Shown here in pieces: positions 58,194 through 64,000 of a stretch of DNA of 64,000 bases (position 1 is its first letter; every line of letters starts with the position of its first letter). The translations under genes and the position numbers were made by a program. Under the pieces are notes generated by a model that was not told the origin of the DNA, searched no databases, and was given only the letters and a program-made list of their open reading frames with translations. The stretch covers positions 1 through 64,000 of the forward strand of contig LSRY02000061.1 of assembly GCA_001643675.2 (NCBI GenBank). Direction: 5' to 3'. This DNA comes from Monocercomonoides exilis PA203. Lineage: Eukaryota > Protista > Preaxostyla.

Positions 58194-61100
58194 ATGGCAG
58201 AAATTTCTGCTAAGACAGGGGGGTTATTGGTTTGTTATTTTTTCCCACATGCGTGCGATTGAATGTTGTTTATTCAATTTTTCAGAAATTTTCATCGTTG
58301 CAAACAATTGAAATACCTACCCTTGGACCTTTGTCTCAAAAGAATGAAGGAAATTCAACTTCTACAAATATAAGTTTATTATCAAAAAGAGATCAACAGT
58401 TTGATTTGATAATATTTTCTTTAACCTTATTTGATTTGTTTGAACACAAAGATGTAAATCAACGAAGATAACTTCAATAACTTCTGTCAGTACTTCATAC
58501 CAACCGGCAAATGATAAATTACAAAATCAGGCACGAAATAGTTCTCAGACAAAAGTTCTTTCTTCTTTTTTAACTACAAAAGAAATTGTCCGAAATATAA
58601 CATCGGACTCTGTTGATGAATTATTCCGTGGAACAGTTTTGTTTACTTTTAGAAAGTATACGGAAGTCGAATTACTTCTTCTATTTTTGAAAGAAAGACT
58701 GATTCAGATTATGGCAAATGAAAGAAAATTTAAGCAGCATGACTGCATTTACGAAATGAAAATTTGTGATTCAGATGAAAAACGCTCGATTCACAATAAA
58801 AGCACATCAATTTATTCAGAAAAGGATAACTGCAATTACTTGTCTGATTCAAATGAAGGATTTCCAAGAAATGAACAGAAAACATTGACAGATGTTTCTG
58901 CAAACCAATCTACACATATTCAACCGCATCATATTCCAGATGAAGAATCTTCCGATTTGGATGTGAAACTGTTGAACCTGTTTTTGTTTATGTTTGACTG
59001 GATTTGTGGATATAACGATCTTTGCAGCACACCCAGTGCATTGGAATCAGCCACAAATCTATTGAAAGAGATGGAGAAGGAACCAAATCTGAAGCAATCC
59101 GTCGAAGATCTCATTCAGCTGCTTGGCAGAAAAAGAGAGGAAAGAGAAAAGAGAGAAATAACCATCAAAGAAAAGACAAGCTTGCTGAGCAAAAAGGAAA
59201 AAGACGCAGAAAGGATGAAGAATCAGAATGCGATGAGAGAAGAGGCGATCTTCGTTCTTGAGCAAAGGCTGGAGAACGAAAGGCTGCAGAAGCGATCAAC
59301 AGAGACTGCAGGGGCAAGTGACAGCAGTATTGATGGATCACATTCCATTCAATCATACACATCTCCATCAAACGAAAAAGAAACATCTTCTTCTTCTTCT
59401 TCTGCTTCTTCTTCTGCTTCCACATTCCAGTCATCCACAAGCACAGCCAACTCCTACTTCTCCTCAGCCACAGCTTCTGCCCACACTACCTCCCCATCCC
59501 ATGCACCAGGCAGTGCCTCGCTGTGGAGCATGCCTCTTCTGCAGCTGCGTCAGCGTGTGTCTGAACTGGAGCAGGAGCAGATCCGGCGCTTCAACGAGCT
59601 TTTCCCTCTGTGTGAAATTGACCCACGATTTTTGGCTTGTTCGCTAACAGCGCAGGAGGAGCAGCTGTTCAAGTGCATCCAGCCAGCAGAGTTTGTGGCG
59701 CAAGGGTGGATGAAGAAGGACAAAGAGCTGACGTCGCCGACACTCGTGGCAGTCACCGAGCTCTTCAACAAGGTCACCAAATGGATCCCTTCACTCATTC
59801 TTGCCTGGGACGCGCCGGCACAGAGGGCCAAGCGCATTGACGAGTTCATCGAGATGGGGATGTATTTGACGGAGATGGGGAATTTCCACGGCGCCTTCGA
59901 GGTTTATGTTGGGCTGCAGCACCGTTCGATTATTCGGCTGAGGCAGACACTGAAGATGACTCGTTCTCATCCTTCTTCTGGAAACCCACAAAGTTTGGCT
60001 CAAAACACACATTTGGGGAATGCTGGTGCGAATGGAGGAAACAGGAATATGAGGAGAGGAAGGGAGAATGCAGATACGGTGAGTAATCAGTTGAATGATA
60101 GGAATAATTCGAAGGAAGAACAGAGACAGTTCAGAAAAGTGAATCAGACATCATCTTCTGCTGGGATAACTTCAACAACATCAAATTCTTCATCAAATAC
60201 ATCTTCTTCTTCTTCTCTTTCTTCCTCCTCTTCTTCCTCCTCCTCTTCTTCTTCCCGCACATCCTCCTTCGACTGCACCAGCGTTGACAAGAGCAGCTCC
60301 TCCATCCATCCCAACAGACAGCAATGCCACGACTTGTTCACTCTCTTTTCTCGTCCTCCTTCTTATCCCAATCTGAAGCGGGTGTTGGCATCACAGGCAT
60401 TTCCTTATCTCCTGCCTCTTCCTTTCTTTCTGCACGACATCGTCTTTTTTGAGGAAAAAGGAGGGTTTGTGAGGAAAAGCGGGGTGAGGTCGGTGAAGGA
60501 GAAAGTGGAAGATAAAGAAGAAGAAGATGATGATGATGAAGAGAAGAAGGAGAGAGAGAATGATAAAAATGAAGCAGACGAAGAAGAAGAAAAAGAAGAA
60601 AAAGAAGAAGTTTATGTTTCTGTGGAAAGATGCTACAACTACTACAAATTGATAGATGACTTCATCCAGGCAATAAAGCTGCCTTTTGAATATCCCTTTG
60701 AATTCATTCAGTTTGCCAAGAAAATCAAAGCAGAGCAAAAAAATGAGGAGAAAAACAAGAATTCACAGGAAAATGAAGAATGTGGTATCAAAAAGGAAGA
60801 AAAGGAAGAAAAGGAAGAAGAAGAAGGAAAAATCACGAACACAAGTGAACTTCAAAATATCGAGTCTAAAGAAGATGAAAGCAAAGAAACAAAATGCAAA
60901 CAGAATGAAAAGATGAATGCTTCTGCACCTTTTTTGTCTTCCTCACCAAAAACATGCAGTTTGGGAGACGATACAAATTTGAAAGAGATTTCTTCTTCCT
61001 TTTCTTCTTCTTTTTCTTCTTCAAATTCCTCTTTTTCGATGTCAGACAATCAAAACCTCTCAAATGAGAGCAACTTTCTTCTCCGATGGATCGATTTTGC

Positions 61101-63477
61101 CTCTCTCACTCCTCCAACAGATGACGAACTGGTTGAGCGTTCAAAACAACTTGAGCCATATTCTGTGTCAGGTGCTGGAATTAATGCTTCTTCTTCTTCT
61201 TCCTCCTCCTCCTCTTTCTCTTCATCGTCTTCTTCTTTCTCTCGTCGTTCTTCTTCTTCGCACAGCCGCTCGCGATTGTCAAAGTCAAACACAACTTCAA
61301 CAACAACAACCTCATTTCGTTCTCGTTTCGGACAAATCTCTTCTCTCAAGCCAAACACATCATCTTTGGCTCATTCATCATCCGCTTCTCCATCAGACAC
61401 TTTTTCTTCTTCTTCTTTTTCTTCCTTTTCCTCTTCTTCTTCTTCTTCTTCTTCCCCTTTCTCTCATCCAGCGTTTCGCTCTGCTTCCACACAGAATGTA
61501 CCATCACCTGTTGTGCCTGCAAACTTATCGACTTCGCCTGGCAGCTCTCCTTCTCCACCAATTTGCTCTCCAAACTTTTCTGCTTCTTCCGCTTCTTGTT
61601 CTAATTCTAGTTCTCTTTCTCTTTCTCTTTCTAACTCTGATAAATGCACTTCTTCAAGTTCTTCCCAAAATGCTAATGTTGATTCACCTGCTTCATCTTC
61701 TGAACTTTTAGGCAATTTATCTTCATCATCCTCATCATCTTCAACTTCTTCCTCCTCTTCTCCTCCTTCTTCTCTTCTCGATGCTTTATCTCTTTCTCTT
61801 TCCTCATCCATTCTCTCTCCAATGCCAAATTCCAAACCCCAATCAAAGATCAATTCTTCTGCTTCTTCTTCTGTTTCTTCTTCTTCTTCTTCTTCAAATG
61901 TGATAAGCCAATCGTTTGAAGAGACAGACTCAACAAACACACAACTCACTCACAACGCCACATCACAGCCACATCACAACTATCAATACAAAACAGACAA
62001 AGAACAGGTCTCTTCATCTGTTTCTTCTATTTCTTCAAGTTCTTCCGAAAGCACAAAAGAACACACCAATATGAATTCCCCCAGTAAATATGCCCCCTTC
62101 CTTCCTTTCTCATCGTCCTGCCCGCCAACCACAAACACATTCACATCTGCAACAGCAGCCGCAGAGTCAAGTGTTTCCATTCACTCTTGTTCTCTTCTTG
62201 AGCCAGCACAGCGGCAGATTCTGAGAGAAAGAGAGGCCGAGCGAATGAAGAAGGAGAACTCAAAGAGGAGCTCAAAAAAGAACATGAAGGTGTTCAACAA
62301 GAGCCTGATGAGTTTGTTTGGGATTAGTTTTTTGCTTCGCAGTGGAAGCGGCAGCAGCAATGCAGCTAACAGCAAGAAGCATTCGGGTGAGTCGTTTTAT
62401 CCAACTGTCTCTTGTCGCACTCCTGTTTTGTCATCAAATGCATCATTTTCATCGTCTTCTTTGGCTTTTGGTGAAAAAGAAGAAGATTCCAGTGAAGAAG
62501 AGAGCGATGGATTAGGATTTTTGAATAGCAATAGCAAGAACCAGAAGTGGAAGAAGAGGAGGAGGAGGAGAACGAAGAGGAGGAGGAAGATGAAGAAGGG
62601 AAAAGGGAGTGCTGATTGTAGCTATGCTGATATTAGCAATGCAACTTGCATGTGCAACTTGAATGAAGCAGAAGTTGGACAAGATAGCGAACCGCTTCTT
62701 GATCGACGGCAGCAGCTTCGTATGAAGGAGTCAATTATGAGCTCTGTTGGGAATGGTGGATTGGAAGGAAGAGAAAGAATTAGTGTGAAAAAAGAGGAGA
62801 CGGAAGAGGAGGAGGAAGAAGAAGAAGAAGAAGTAGAGGAAGAGGAAGAGGAGGAAGAGGAAGATGATGAGTATGAGTATGAGTATGAGTATGAAGACGA
62901 AGAAGAAGAGGAAGAAGAGGAAGATTATGAAGATTATGAAGAAGAAGAAACAGAAGAGGAGGAAGAGGAGGAGGACGATGAAGAAGAAGAAGAAGCAGAG
63001 AGAATTAGAAATCAGAAGTTTCTTTTTTGTGTGAAAGAAACATCAAAAAATGACAAAGAAGAAAAGGAAAGCGTCAAAATTGATGTTGTTGAGAAGGAAA
63101 AAGCATTTCCTAAAAAATATGCAGATAAAAAGGAAGAAGAAACATCAGATGAATTTGACGAGGTTGAAGTGACTGTAAATGATGAGTGTATTGCGAGTCA
63201 AACAACAACTGAATTTTGCGCGCCAAAGAAGAAAGCAGAAGATGATCAAAGACATTCTTTGGTGAATTCTCTTCCTTCTTCTTCTGCTGCTTCTTCTTCT
63301 GCTTCTGCAACAGCTGATTCTGTTATTGTTCATTCAACAGCGAATAACAAGGAATTAATAATGCAACATAATCTGAATGCAGAAGCCAATGAAACAGACC
63401 ATGTTTCGAGCACAGACAGTGAGTATGAGTATGAAGAATACGACGAATACACCGAAGTCGTCATTGGAACGCTGTAA
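58194..63477 (+). CDS. Ras guanine-nucleotide exchange factor (REM + CDC25 domain) with Ser- and Glu-rich inserts; exons 58194-58229, 58286-58398, 58452-63477
   Basis: REM-like LFTFRKYTEVELLLLFLKERL. CDC25 domain IDPRFLACSLTAQEEQLFKCIQPAEF..W..SPTLVAVTELFNKVTKWI..RAKRIDEFIEMG..MGNFHGAFEVYVGLQHRSIIRLRQT..LPLPFFLHDIVFFEE. Two GTTTG..AG introns give an in-frame ATG start. Confidence 0.88.
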
Positions 63478-64000
63478 GACTTGCTAATAAAAGTCAGACA
63501 AATACATAATAGTGATGTATTTTTTTATATATACATAATACTTTTCTTTTGTTGTCCAGTCGGATATTTCTGTAGGAAATTAGTATTAGAGAAGTCAATG
63601 GTTGTGATGTTGGAGTATGATTGCCTTTACGTTTGAAGAACAGTTATGTTTCTAGGGTATAGAGCAAAAGAGACTTTTCATCTGTAATTTGTTTACCCAG
63701 CTGTTAATCCTATTTGGGTTTCTTTTTTTTTTTTATTTTTTTTTTTTCAATTATTTTACTGTTTTTCGTGAAAAGAAAAAAATAATGAATAGTTTTTTAT
63801 TTTTTATGTTCACTTTCAATATATAGAAATTTGTTATTTTATGTAATGAAACAATAGTATTATGAAACATCTTCATATGCTTTTTATTGAAATATGATTA
63901 TTTGTTTGTGATAATAGAGAAAAAATCAATGGTGCATGTTTCTTTTTTTCTTTCCAATAAATTTTAAAAAAAATTAATATACATATTGCAATTGAGATTT

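Noticed and set aside
1-64000. Alternative genetic code (TAA/TAG=Gln) or CRISPR arrays
   Set aside because: Multi-kb ORFs including poly-Q contain no TAR, several genes end in TAA, and in-frame stops are confined to decayed transposons. No repeat-spacer array was seen.

Overview
AT-rich eukaryotic genomic DNA with spliceosomal introns. It uses the standard code: TAA terminates genes and poly-Gln is CAA/CAG. The Ser/Glu-tract-laden proteins, short introns and giant beta-helix receptor-like genes suggest an oxymonad such as Monocercomonoides (inference, not database-checked). Contents from left to right: (1) a decayed DIRS-type tyrosine-recombinase retrotransposon (1-~5330, minus); (2) a giant type-I membrane protein gene A with Pmp-like beta-helix/Cys modules and a TKL-like pseudokinase tail (15681->6554, one frameshift); (3) a solitary 5S rRNA gene; (4) two abutting foldback (palindromic) TA-flanked elements, followed by a Merlin/IS1595-family transposase pseudogene that the ORF track misses; (5) a divergent TTLL tubulin polyglutamylase / NOT4 gene pair; (6) a second giant receptor paralog B (40288->48051) in inverted orientation, sharing a near-identical ~4.8 kb 3' block with A but carrying a different N-terminal module set; (7) a large Ser-rich protein with probable ASH (CEP192/Hydin-like) domains; (8) an atypical 100-nt tRNA-like Pol III gene with an expanded anticodon domain; (9) a RasGEF. 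The best candidates for something undescribed are the variable-head/constant-tail mosaic receptor pair and the structurally expanded tRNA-like RNA.
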